A stretch of DNA of 64,000 nt from Bugula neritina. Lineage: Eukaryota > Animalia > Bryozoa. Positions within the stretch are counted from its first letter, which is position 1. Every line of letters begins with the position of its first letter. The DNA is taken from positions 28,519,504 to 28,583,503 of the forward strand of contig OZ037765.1 in the NCBI GenBank assembly GCA_964035545.1, given 5' to 3'. Shown one piece after another: positions 1-13,276 of the stretch. A model generated the notes under the pieces. That model did not search any database. It was not told the DNA's origin and saw only the letters and a list, made by a program, of their open reading frames with translations. The translations under genes and the position numbers were made by a program.

Positions 1-3000
1 ATCATTACTCAGGCTGTTGCAAATTCTAACAACAAACATCCAATGTAAGTAACCTAAGGAAAATGTTGTTCAATTGACTTTTATTGAGATATAAATTATA
101 GATCTCCAAGAAATAAAATATATTCATCAGATTTTTTGATAAACAGCTTTTTGTAACTTTTCTCAGCAACAGTTGAAGTTTGAATTCCTAAATTAACAAG
201 AATTATACTTTTAATTTCCCAGTTTCATTGTAGCTTATATTATACTTCTTTACTTATATATATTATGTTTATTTTCTCCACAAGAGCTCATCTATTATTC
301 TAAATTCCTTATATTGTAGGCACTGGGTTGGCTCCTTTGTAACAGGGGTGGTTCTGTTGTTGGTTATCGTGATTTTAACATACATGATTATTCAGCGCGT
401 CATGTATCACCGTAAGTGTAAGAACAAAGTATGGAAGGATAACAAGAACCCTGGGTTACTTGAAAGCTACGCCCTCAGGAACACCATTATTACTTTAGTC
501 ATGGTTGCTCTGTTTACGTCTACAATATTGTCAACTATTTTGCTATCGGTAAGGAAATATTGTTTTTCGGCTAAAGGGTTCTTTTCATTTCATTAGTTTC
601 GCATGTGAGGATATTTTTTCCTGTGGAAGTTTTGAAATGCAAGCTGCTATTTGCCTTAAACTTGATTAAAACTTTATTTAAGTATAATTTATAACAATAT
701 TTTTCTTTCAGGTCTATGCTGGAGAGGATGACACTAATACCCCATGCTACTCCGCGGTAAGTGTTCATATAAATCTTAGTCTCAATACTCTACGTAACGC
801 CAACTAAGTCATGTTTCTTTTAAATAACCATTTTTTGTGTTTAAGATCTGGCGTTTTCAAAATTAAAATTTTCCAGGAAACACATAGCTTCTTTAGAAAC
901 ATATAGCTGACATGTATGCAATATTTTGTAAATCATGTCAAATGTACAAACTAAATACAGCAGCTTGTATATAGTCTCAGTGTTCTACTTTATGACTTGC
1001 TAGAAATTTTATAGGCAGCTGTTAGATATTTGAGTTCAGATTGTTTACTAACACTTGCTGCTTTTATATCAAGCTGTACATGTTTGAAATACCAATTCAT
1101 TGTGTTGTGTAAATTTGAAATGCTGCCTGCAGGCATGTAAATGTAAAACCATCAGTACTAAGAAGTGTGGATGGTCCACTTTATGGCGTTTCTTGTTATG
1201 CCAATTATTACATCATATCAACTACAAAATGTTGTATATAAGATCAAGTATTGCATCACTTTATCTCAAGTAACTAAAATTTATGTATAGTCATAAATAT
1301 AACTCCTTTAAATCATAACAACATAAGACATTTGTTAATTGAAGGTCAAAAACCTTGCTTCTGGAAAAGCTAGATATCAGGTTTTATTTGTATGGAATAT
1401 TACTTTTTGCCCAACTTGGTCATGAAAGTTTTTCCATTATGTAATTGAAAAAGAGTCCAGATATATAAAAGAGTATGTGATTATAACATCTCCCATGGAG
1501 TTATGCTATCTCGTAATTATACAGTATGTGCAGCTGTGGATTCAAACAATTCAAGAAATGACAACTCCAAAGCCAGTATAAAAATCTCGGAAAATTGTTG
1601 ATGTTATAACATGTTACATACTATAGAGGTGCCAGCAAATTTAAAAAAAGCGGTGAGGAAATTTAAAAGAGATGCTGCATAAAAAACTTGTGTGGCTACA
1701 TGTTATTGGGGAAATTCGGAGAAAGACACAAGCCATGAGACCCCTTGAAGAGATATATTTCACGCAAATAAAAAATGTTGCATGTTTTGTCAGTCATTCT
1801 TCATGATGTCACTAGAAGTTTAATTTGACAGAATTGCAAACAAAAATAAGCTTGAGCTTGTTGCATTGATCAGTGCATAGTAGTAATCAATAAAAACTGC
1901 AATAATTAATTAAAAACTGTGTTCACTAGTTTTGCTCTTCTCCCAGTATGTGGCAGGCATTCAACAGCTGATTCGCACAATCTTTAGGCGAGTAAATTTT
2001 GCCTAGTATGACATGCACCTTTATGACAAAACTTGCAAAAAAACGTATTTCACTAAGATCTGCTGGCTATATAAGTTTCTCTCATGCAATTTTATAAAAT
2101 AATGAAAGCTGCACGGGTTAGTGTGGACCAAAGAGAGAATAATTTATGCCATATATACATCTAATCAGAGAGCTTCTCTCTATTACAGTATATGTGGATG
2201 TCATGTCTGTTGGTGCTGCTGTCAACTGGTGCCTTCCTCAAGTGGATCTATCTCCTTAAAGTCATCATGATTGTCATAATGTCGACGGCGTTTATCGTAG
2301 CTCATGAAATGGTAGCCCCCTACACAGTGAGTCAAGTCTACCAAGATCTCAACTTTGTAGGTAGCGCTAATGAGAGCCAGTTACTAATTCAGGAAAGGTA
2401 AGACTCATCTAAAGAGAAGATAACTGCAAATAACATCGGTATTTAACTTGTTAGAAGAGTGTTGCCTTTTTGAGCCCTTTGTTTAGAGCTATTTCAGCTG
2501 CCATTTTATTTGAAGTGAAGTAAAAGTGTCTTTAAAAAAGTTTTATAAATTGTAGAAATATTCAAGCTCACCTAACTCTATATGGAAGAGTTGAATATAT
2601 CATTGTGATACTGTTTGCAGCCCTCCTATTAATATATCACTCCAGAATTGTAAGTATCTATCCAGAAATACGTATAATGACCAATTTGCTTTAAATTAGG
2701 CAGAACCATTAAATAAAATATATTTCTTATAATGTTTTAGATATCATTCTACAACCAATTAATTGTCTGAACTGAGCTTTATGCCATAAATTAAAAAATA
2801 CCAATTAATAATATCACTTTAAATGACGTTTCAGCTGGAGCTGCATGCAAGGTTAGATTTTCTGTGGCGACTGCAGGCTAAGCATGAGTTACAGGAAATG
2901 GATCACGTGAGAGATAATAACCTTACGCTGCTACGTAATGTTCTTCCAGAGCACGTGGCTAACAATTTCTTGGGGCGGAAAAGAAGAGATGAGGTATTTT

Positions 3001-4859
3001 AGCAAATTTATGAATGAAAGTGGCATTAAGTACGAGCAAAATTGTCACTTGTAATGCCCACTTTGAAAGCTAGTGCAAACACACATGAAACATGAATTTT
3101 ACAGGAATTAGAGGCTTGGGTATGTGCTTGAAATATATGTTGGGGTTGAAGTTTTCGAATCTAATTGCTGCAGCACTTCATAATGTAGCCATGCAGCAAA
3201 AGCTTTTCTTTGTCTACAATTCTGTCAATTAAATTAAGTTCAATTACTATCAGTATTGTAAAGCATGCAACATCATCGTAATCTGACAAACCCCAATTTT
3301 ATGTCACCCAATGGAAATAGGTGTAAACTTCTCAACGGATTTCACCACCTGATAAAAATGTGTTGCAAAATTTTGCTCAACTTTTGACTTATATACACCA
3401 TGTATAAATGTGCTTTTACGGAAAATGCAGTATTAGGTCTAACATTGTTAATTTTATATTTAAGAGAACACAACTTTTGAAAAATTAGATGCATGACTTG
3501 CAATTTCAATTCAGAGTGAGCTAAAAAATAAATATATTTATGTTTTATAATGCATGCACTGTACTACATATTAGTCTGCAAGTGACCTTGTATTGCATTC
3601 TGCTGCAGGAACTGTACTGTGAATCCTACAACAACGTAGCTGTTATGTTCGCATCAATTTGCAACTTCAATGATTTCTGGCTGGCTGTCCAGGCCAACGG
3701 GCACGGCTTTGGCTGCCTTAAAATACTGAATGAAATCATTGCTGACTTTGATGAGCTACTTGGTCTCCCGGCTTTTGTTGAAGTGGAAAAGATAAAGACA
3801 ATTGGCAGCACTTATATGACCTGCGTAGGTCTATCACCGGTGCAAAAGGTAATCATTAAACGATAATCAGTTTTTGCTTAATAATTATTAGCATTTCTAA
3901 AGAAACAGTTAATAATACCTGGATTGGTAAAATATATGAATATACTGTACATCATATCATACCGGTAATGTCGGACATATTATATACCAATAAACGATAT
4001 GAGCACACAGCCATTTTGTAATACTTGCATTAAACTCTATACTGTGCAATCTATTTAGGCATTTACTAGCAGAAATGAATGATAAAAGTGATACCAACGT
4101 GTATTTTTAGTCGGAAAACAACGCCGCTCAGAATTTGAAAACCTGTGCAGATCTGGCTTTTGAGATGCAAAAAGCACTGAATGGAATCAACCAGAACAGC
4201 TTTGATAACAACTTTCAAATGAGAATTGGGATAAATCACGGGCCTTTAGTTGCTGGTGTGATTGGTGTGAGGAAGCCTCATTACGACATCTGGGGACATA
4301 CCGTCAACCTTGCAAGTCGTATGGAAAGCAATTGCTTACCAGGCCAAATCCAGGTAAAATTTTGTATAAAATAAACTTTGTTGAATAATGTACACATATA
4401 GGCATTTCATGAACTTAGATGAAGAAAAAGATTTTTATCAACTATCATGCAGAGAGCAAGGTTCACCAGTTTTAAATTAGCACCGAAATATGGCTAATTT
4501 TTGATAAGTTCAACTCAAACATTAAACCATGCGCATAAGTTGTGTTATATTATTGTAAAATTTTATTATAGGTCATGGAAAAAACGGCAAATATATACAA
4601 AAGCATCCATTACCCCACCAAGTTAAGGGGAAAGATTAGAGTCAAGGGCCTTACGCTTCCACAAAAAGTATATACGATTGCAGAGCCGGACAGAACTGCT
4701 TCACTCTCGCCAATAAAACTTCCACAAGCATTGCCAGCAACTGGTGGTGTCAACTCCTTTGACAATGTTGTTATGAAAATAATTAAGAGTCCTTCAACAA
4801 AATTAAAGGTCAAAGAAGCAACAGATTGCGAAAACAATGAATCTTCAACTCAAAGCTAA
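1..4859 (+). CDS. Transmembrane adenylate cyclase, 3' part (M2 helices and C2 catalytic domain); 5' end lies outside the window
   Basis: Phase-consistent GT-AG exons <1-44, 320-548, 712-756, 2189-2397, 2556-2649, 2835-2993, 3609-3848, 4111-4353, 4572-4859 (stop). Motifs: [88 protein letters not shown]. Subtype not assignable by eye. Confidence 0.95.
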
Positions 4860-5336
4860 TGACTTATTTATTTAGTTACCTTACATAAGTGCTAAACGTT
4901 AGATATAAATAATATATAGATATGAATCTGCTATCTAATTGTACATAAAGCCACTTGGTGAATATATTTTTCAAGCCTTGTTTATATTTCTACATTCAAT
5001 CAGTACAACCCAAACCAAGAAATACAATATATTGTTACATAATTTCGTTATTTTTTAGTTTGAACTAAAATCTATTTTTTTCTATGCAATGTTTTTAGGT
5101 AATGTAATTTTATTGATATAAATGTGCTATATACAAGCTACAGATTTTTTACAAAAGTTTATATTTCAAACAGATTTAAAATCAATTAGTGGAACTAAGT
5201 CTAACAAAAATATGCAGTAATATGGAATGATAGCAGAAACTGGAATGTAAGATAAAAATGTAAATATTATAAATATTTTGTCTAAAAGATGCAAAAACCA
5301 TGCGACTCAAAAAAGGTCACTGCACAAGAAAGTTAC

Positions 5337-6743
5337 TCAACATAAGAGTTTAAGTATAAAATAACCAGCAATCAGAGATAAAATGCTCAGCTTATTTATA
5401 GGAGCAGTGTTACAGAGCCACAGATCATCACAGAAGCAGTAGTGTTTCTTTGTCTCAGTTACCAGGTAACTTTGGCCATAGGTGCTGTCAGATTTAGCTG
5501 GTATGCAATAGCCGTGTCGGCGTACGCTCGGCATATCTTCACGTATTTGAGTTTCCTTTAATAGAGTTGAAAGGCATCCCCTTGTTACAGTCTCCTGGCC
5601 TATAATATTGATCAGTGATATCAGAGCTTACAACATTCACTTGATTGCAGCATATATTGCACAAGATAACAGCTTGAGCTTTTAGTTGTAGACTACCGCA
5701 TTTAATTGCTACAATTCTACCAACATAAAAATATTCTTGGTGTTTAGATCAAAATACAAGCACATGTAGAAAATGCGGACCAGTAGCAACAGGTAGGAAT
5801 AAATGGAAAAAGTTATTCAGAATTAGTAAATTGTTATTTTTACTTTTAAAAGATTACTTTGAATTATAGAAAAATCCATCTCATGCAGTGGGAAGAATTT
5901 GACAGCAACAGTCATACTCTCTTGGAATTACATAATCTATAAGTTATTACATTGTAAGTTTGCACTTTAAAGTTTATATCTCAAAATTATTTAATTTCAT
6001 AACCAATAAATATTCTGTACAGCAGCGACTGTATAGCAACAAATGATGGGCAGCTACCGCCAGTTTATGACAGGATGACAGTATTGCCATGTGTCAGAAA
6101 TGTCAGAATAACTCATAAATAATTCCTAAGACAGAAAGAGACCTGTTGGCAGATCACATCAACTTACTTCCAACTTTATTCATGATTTTAACACACATAG
6201 GAGGGTCAGTCTCGGTGCCCGGACATTCTTTCCAGCCCTGCAGAACGTAGTCTACTTTATATACACCGCACCCAGGCTGGGAGCTGTGACACTGGAAACA
6301 TTTCAGTGAAGAACCTAAAATATTAGCACAAAATAGTAGTAACAGATTAACAGCGATTTGGCTTGTAGTATTGAGATGTGCAATTGCAAAGAGCCAAGTC
6401 TCATAGCATAAATAATAATAATGCACTAATGGTCTAGACTCTAGAGACTAATAACGAATAATTAGATTGCAGTCGTTAATTTTATTTTGATAGTTACACG
6501 GAATTGTTGGATTTTGCCAAAATTATTGTATTCAACATATGATATTGAAATATTGAAGCATTATTGGGAGCTAGAATATTGCAGCTTGAGTGCTTGTGTG
6601 CCAAGTAACATCTGCCTACTATGATTGATAATAACTATAACAGCATTTTAATAAATAATCAACAATGAAATTCAATTTTTACCTTGTTTGATGAAAATTG
6701 TGCTGAGCACAACAATAACTGATAGAATATTCGCCTTCCACAT
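5337..6743 (-). CDS. Ly6/uPAR three-finger protein, secreted and probably GPI-anchored (quiver/sleepless-like)
   Basis: Exons 6743-6683 (signal peptide MWKANILSVIVVLSTIFIKQG), 6314-6168 (SSLKCFQCHSSQPGC...KECPG...MCVK), 5599-5337 (VTRGC...GYC...YCFCDDLWLCN then a hydrophobic tail). Ten cysteines, N-terminal LKCxxC and terminal CN motif; both introns phase 1. Confidence 0.88.
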
Positions 6744-6949
6744 CCTGATCAACTCGTTGTTTCTAAAAGCAAGAAAAATATCCAATAATAATATATTTAC
6801 TATGGCTACCAAGTTTTCTTATTATTTTACACATTACTACCATTACACTGCATAAACAAGAAATTTAAAAGCAAAACGTACCACATTTATATTACTATCA
6901 AATTATATTTAATTTAATAAGGAGTTGACGGACTACAATAAATATAAAA

Positions 6950-8110
6950 TCAAGGACTACATAAAGTAATCATTGGCACTAAATCAATATGCACTCTAAA
7001 ATCATAATAATGAACAGACAACCAAGTTGAGTATTAAATTTAGATTTACTAATACAATTAGTATTACTATGGCGATCACTAACTCTAGGTTACTCTGAGA
7101 GTCAAAACAAGAGTACAATTACTAATTCTGAGAATTACTATTAAACTACAATTCAAACTAATTACTATTAGTATTAGGACTACTACTAGTACTAGGAGCA
7201 ACATTACTTCAAGTATATCCATTATAAGTTTTAATATTATTCAATTGAAAGTTTTGAGATAAAAACCAAGCCTAACAGTAACACTAACAGTAATACTAAT
7301 ACTAATAGTGATAGTATACTAATAGTATTCTGAATAATAGCCCCTAACCACCAATAGTTAGAGTATCATTAACTGGGAATGAGTAAGACAAAGTGTATCA
7401 CTATGACTAAGTCTAACACTAACCCTAAGACAGTAATGAGTAACTGTAAGTGTAACTGTTAATGTTACTGTTGCTCTAATACTTACAGTTAGTAACTTAC
7501 AGTGACAGCTTGAGCTACACTCACACTGTATGCGTAACCTTATCCTAGTCCAACTCTAAGTCTCATGAAGTTACTAGTTAGTGATACACTTCCAATTTAA
7601 CTTGCACTTTGGTTTACAGTTAGTAATGAGTTACTGAGTTTCATTGTTACAGTAACACTAACTGATTAACTTAAACTATAATTTAAAATTAAATTAAAAT
7701 TGGTAATCATAATCATAATGTTAAAAATCATTATCATTATGATTATCATTATCGCTACGATTATCATTATCATAATAATGATAAAATCATAATTATAACT
7801 ATAAGAGCTATGAGTTAATTTGACGATAATAATAATGATAACATTATTAATATTATAATTATTAATCATAATGATAAAGTTGATGATTATCATTATCATT
7901 ATGATAATGACAATATGAATATTATTGCCATATTGATATTCATATTGGTTATTGTTACTATCATGACCATCAACTCAATTACCTATACTTGTAGTAATAG
8001 TATTACTATTAGTATAAAGTTAAACTGGTACTATTACTTGTTATAAAAGAAAACAAGTTAATATTGTTTACTTTTAGTTTTAGTAATTTTGGAGTCTAAT
8101 TATTAGACAG
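6950..8110. repeat. Low-complexity ACT/AGT/AAT-periodic tract
   Basis: e.g. agtaatactaatactaatagtgatagt near 7290, and an (ATC/ATT/ATA)n stretch at ~7700-7920. Confidence 0.75.
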
Positions 8111-9642
8111 TCATTTAACGATTATGCTTTTAGGTAAGAGGTAGGTCAAAATCGTGATATTTTGAATATTAGCCAGTGATCATTAGAACATTTTCCCCGA
8201 CGAAATTTCATGTAAATGATCGCAAGAAAAATATAATATGTAAATCGATGTCTATGAATGCAAGCTATAATAGCAAAATTACGAACAAACTTTATAAGAA
8301 AAGACAACTCTAGCTTGCAATAAAATACTTTCAAGATTACTTGGTTTTTAATAATTATTATTCATAACTCAAATATTTGTTTATATTTCCAACTTGGTTG
8401 TTGTGCTGCTCTTGATATTTTCTATATTACTTTAAAAAACCCAACAAAGTAAGCTATCAGTTATTATTGTCATAATCAAACAAATACATTGAATTACAAT
8501 TTATATGCAAGCATTACACAGAATTTATGTTGTAAATATGCACGCCATCAAACCCTAACAACTCTATAATAAATTTGCAACTCCACAATTTTAAACTTCC
8601 ATTACAGAAAAAGTCCCAAAAAGTTAAGAAAGTTTACATAGGTGAAATGGTGTTGGGAAACATGCATTATGTGCTAAACTTTGGATATCTTTGGTAAATT
8701 ATTTAAAGAGCTGTAATATTTATGAATACTTAACTGATAAGTTTAATCATCATATATCATATATTAGTGCATTGTTAATACTTGTGTGAAGTTACTTTAT
8801 GCTAGAGTATTTGCATGCATGTATATAACACTTTTGTGCAGTTATCACCACTGTTGCTAACCTATACCATTTACTTTACCTAGCTATTTAAGAAGTGCAT
8901 ATTATATAGCCAGAACAAAGCAAAGTTTTATATTATTACAAATACAATTTATATCTCATTCAATTGACTTTCACGATACTTAGCAAAGTTAATTAATGAT
9001 ATATTACATTGAATGCTGTCATTCATAAGTTAGGATGGACCCTTTACAATTTATTTGGTAAGTTTTTTATTTTATATGAATGCGTAGCCTTTGTGTTCAT
9101 GTGGTATGAGATTATTTCATATAATTTTTTCAAATATATTTTATAATTTGGTTAACTAAAAATTCTATTTACTTATTGTTATTGAATGAAGCCATAACTT
9201 ATTGGCACCATTTTTGCCATAATAGCAGTAATCAACTGTTTAGTAAACAGGGCTGAATTGTATTATATTAGTTGACACTGCAGTGTTTACTTTCTTTCTA
9301 ATGGCTATCTATCAAGCTATCCCTTTATGCATGTCTTATATTAAAGAGATTTGGTATTATTCAATTTTGTGCCATGAAAGGCTGAGCAACAGGGTTTATA
9401 CACCAAATAAATACCTATTAGTATTCGTTGAATAGAAGCCTTATTATCTTACTTAGTGAATACTATACTATTATATTACTAACCAAAAACATCATTAGTG
9501 CAATATAATCAATAAAAAATAATTAAAGTAATTTGCTTTTCTTTCAACAGAAATATTAAAAGTAAGTGGTTCACTGTGCTAATAAAATCTAAATGCTATG
9601 ATTTCATGCAGCTGTAGAGGAAGGAAAACTCAAGTCAATAAC

Positions 9643-12600
9643 ATGTCTTTAAGATATCGAGTTTACACATGTAAGGAGACCCGATCCGACAGCGATGTGG
9701 CAGCGGACAGCGCAAAGAGCAGAGCTAAAAGAGCAATGACTGCGGCTGCTGACTTGTATAGACCTGCAGATCCTCTGCTGATGATGGGAACTCTGAGGAA
9801 CTTGCTGACTTCAACGTCATATAAGGAGAAGAAAAGTACCAGAGAACCAGAATACAAAGCATATAGAGTGAGTGTGTTCAATAGTGCCACCCGTCATGTG
9901 TGGTGAAAGCCATAAGGTTTCAAACATGCTGTCTATAAACGAAACTTATCTATATTCCATGGTGTTCGGTAAAATTGGCACAGGTATTAAAGGCACAAAA
10001 AGAAAAGTAGGTAAAAATGGCACACTTTAATATTGGGGTTGGGGAATTTAGGTGTGTGGGTTGGGGTTCGGGATGGAAGTTTAGGTTTAGGTTTGGGGAT
10101 AGGGGGTTTGAATTTGACACCGGTGTGCCATTATCACTTGTGACATTTTTATCTACTTTTCCATTTGTGCTATTATTACCTGTGCCACTTTACCTAAAAT
10201 CATATTCTATACACAGTTTAGATGAAAGTTACCAGCACACATTGATTATATAATTATTCACCTACAGTGTTTATTATTTCTTGTATCAACAGCAGATTAA
10301 AATAAGAATCAGTGGATTCAAATTATTGGCAGTTACAAGATAAATATTGTCCTTTGAGTGTCTAGTTTCACAAACTTGAGATGACTGTATAGAAATTATT
10401 GTTGATCGAATTAGTGAGCCATGTAGATACCGTGATTATGTTCGAGTCTTGTATGGTGTTAGTAGTACACATGAATGCAACCGACATTTATAGTATTATT
10501 TATTACCAAGTCTATACGTGCCTAATCTTTTACTTTAAGTTATTCCCTACTTGAAAATTAAGCTTATATACACCCTATTCGATATGTTTTCGAGCATTGA
10601 ATGACTGGTGTTTATGGGGGCATGCTGGTAAGTTGCTGTGATATGTGATTGTATGTAATACACATTGTATACGTAGTTATTACCACAAGCTGCTGTCACT
10701 GTGAACGTCTCCTTATACTATTTATATCATATAATTTAGGTTTATAAATTATATTACGCATTATATGAAACAAAATTCTCAACATGTTTAAATGTTTAGC
10801 CAAGTTAAATGTTGGATATAAAAATGTGCTTTATCGAGATGAAAAACAAGCTGTTTTTATTTCTGCATTATTATGTATTTTTAGTTTAAATCTGGTCAAC
10901 ATATTCCATGTAAAACTTCCGAAAGTAGACAACCAACTTTTCTATTACTGAATACTAAGTAATTTGATAGTGGCACCTTGTATTATGTGCAGTTTTGCAA
11001 AAGTTATTGTACACAAACAAATGCAAACAATAAAAAATTAAAAAAATTCATTTTATTAAGAAATAGTGTGCCAATACAGAAAACTATCATCCACATTGCT
11101 ATACTTATATGTGAAATATATATGCAATGCAAGCAAGCATAATATTGTGCTACACAAACACAAAGGCATATGCATTTCTGTATATGATGAGTAACTTTGT
11201 ATATGAATGTATAAACTACAGCTATAAAGTCTATAAAGGTTGGAATATGCTAAATAGAATATGCAATGAATTTTCGGATACAAGTTGTAGCATATTTTGG
11301 CAACATAAGTTTTAACTTCCAGATGGTTGCAAAATACTTTGATTTGCTACGTTGAACAAATATTAATGGCCACATTTTCCTACCTAGCTTTTATTCAGTA
11401 TAATTAAACTTTTTTATCTATTTTTTACGCCAAGAATATTTTGCTAAAAAATTTTTAATTGCAACTTATGCCTTGTAACTTTATTACCTTTTACATTTTG
11501 TTGATATGTTAGGCTAGCCTCAAAACTAAAGCTTTCTCCCAGCCTGAATGCGGTGACTTCACAGAAACCTCCCAAACAACAAAGTCTGATATACGGCCAC
11601 CTTTGCTTGAGAAACTAGACATGAAATCTTCTAATGTTTTCTCTTTCGCAGACAAGTCACCTGCTTCAGGCTCGTCTGTCATGATGCCAGCACATGCACC
11701 AGAACCTTCCAGAACCAAGGGCACATCGGTATAATAATCATATTGGTAGTAAAAGTATAGCAAATCATTAATGAAACATAAACATACATTAAAGATCATA
11801 ATCTTTGCTAGAGCCAATATATGTGAAAGCCAAAATATGACTTTAAAGTATTAATGTGCAACATCTTTTGAAAACTTGGAGTTATAATTATATTAGCTGC
11901 TGTGAAATGTGAATCATGGCAAAACCTGACATATTCTTTTAATTTTAGAGAGATGGTACCCATGAAAAGACAACTCAGAAACAAATAAATTATTCTCAAC
12001 AATTGCGTCTATTGAAGGTATTTAATAATTAAAATAATGAAAAAATTTATTTTTACCATCATCATTTATCAGTAGAGAATACCTACTGTAAAGAATGCCT
12101 GCAAAGCCTTTTATACCGTTTTAGGATTGCTATAGTATAATATTGAATGAACAATAAATAAAAATATCATTAATATATTAAAACATTCGTTTATTATAAC
12201 AATAAATATCTTTATTTTATAGCTTATTAAACTCACGCAAGTTTATAGTCGCTATCCCTGTGAGAAACCCCTGATGGTAAGGGTTTTTGCTAGAACGGGC
12301 TAAGGACTTGTTTAAATGAGGCACAGGAGCAATTATGACTGGATGCTCTTCCTAACATCACCAATGGTCTTTGTCGGGGTTCGAACCCACAACTTCGTGT
12401 TCACAAAGCAAACGCTTTAACCCCTAGACCACGGCTGCTCCCTATTATCATGTATTAAATCAATTTTACTTCTTTGTACTGTTTACGTATACTTGTTACA
12501 CATATTTGTTTAAGGGTAGAAAGATGGAGTTGTTACAGATGTCACAAGAAAACACAGCCGTACCAGCAGTTAGAAGTACGCTTGACAAAAGCTTTATCAT

Positions 12601-13276
12601 CGGTGGAAGAGGTGTGACTGAAACTTGTAAAATAAAACCAGATCCCATAGCTCCTTTACCATCTCCGACATCACTGTCTCCCCTCATTAATCTCAACACA
12701 TACTCCAGAGTTCTGGCGTACGCAAAATATCGTTCCAAATGTAGTGTCACCTCATCAGTTGATAAACGACATTCTCAGAAGCGACCTGCTATTGTAATAC
12801 CATGTCATACTAACACAGTTTGTGCATATTGTCAGCTATACGATGATGAACATGAGTGTCAGGATGAAGAGAAGACAACTACATTAGAAAAGTCAGAAAA
12901 GTCAAAAGATAATATAGCGAAGCAAAGTTTATTGCCTAAAGAACCCAGTCATGAGAATACCAATCTAGTAAAGCAGTTTGCTCAAGTGAAACTAAAAGAC
13001 AAGCCTGAAAGCGAATTGTCAGAAAACAATAGCAGAGAAAGTCAAAACTTTGGCAAAGACACTTTGGAGAAAAACAAACCATACAAGAATCACACAGACT
13101 ACCGACAAAGCTGTAAATTAAACACAATTAATGCTCATAGAAGGATGGCAGATGTGTTGCCTGAGGTTCTTCCAAAAGTCTATAAACTTCGCTACACGAA
13201 GTCATCAGTTTCTAGTATGAGGGCGGGTCCAGCGACAGCTATAGACACATCGGCGGCAGCAGTTCCACTATTCTAG
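9643..13276 (+). CDS. Uncharacterised ~400-aa protein, Ser/Lys/Thr-rich and probably mostly disordered
   Basis: Exons 9643-9867, 11513-11728, 12515-13276 all join in phase 0 at GT-AG sites; the terminal exon is a 253-codon open frame in AT-rich DNA. No family recognised. Confidence 0.7.
9959..10203. mobile_element. MITE-like non-autonomous element, copy 1
   Basis: Imperfect inverted arms built from ~15-bp units (GGTAAAAATGGCACA / TGTGCCATTTTTACC) around a G-rich ggtttagg/gggttgggg core; a related copy lies in opposite orientation at ~63226-63530. Confidence 0.75.
12240..12442 (-). mobile_element. tRNA-derived SINE
   Basis: Minus strand reads GGGAGCAGCCGTGGTCTAGGGGTTAAAGCG (A-box-like)...GGGTTCGAACCCC (B box), then a non-tRNA body (GGTGATGTTAGGAAGAGCATCCAG...). 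No complete cloverleaf is evident. Confidence 0.75.

Noticed and set aside
10365-10495. In-frame TGA-GAT-GAC-TGT (UxxC-like) followed by a short open frame; possible selenoprotein
   Set aside because: It lies in an intron whose flanking exons already join in phase 0, there is an upstream in-frame TAA, and I saw no thioredoxin-like context or SECIS.
12370-12442. Functional tRNA gene
   Set aside because: A and B boxes are present, but no acceptor stem closes and the sequence continues into a SINE-like body.
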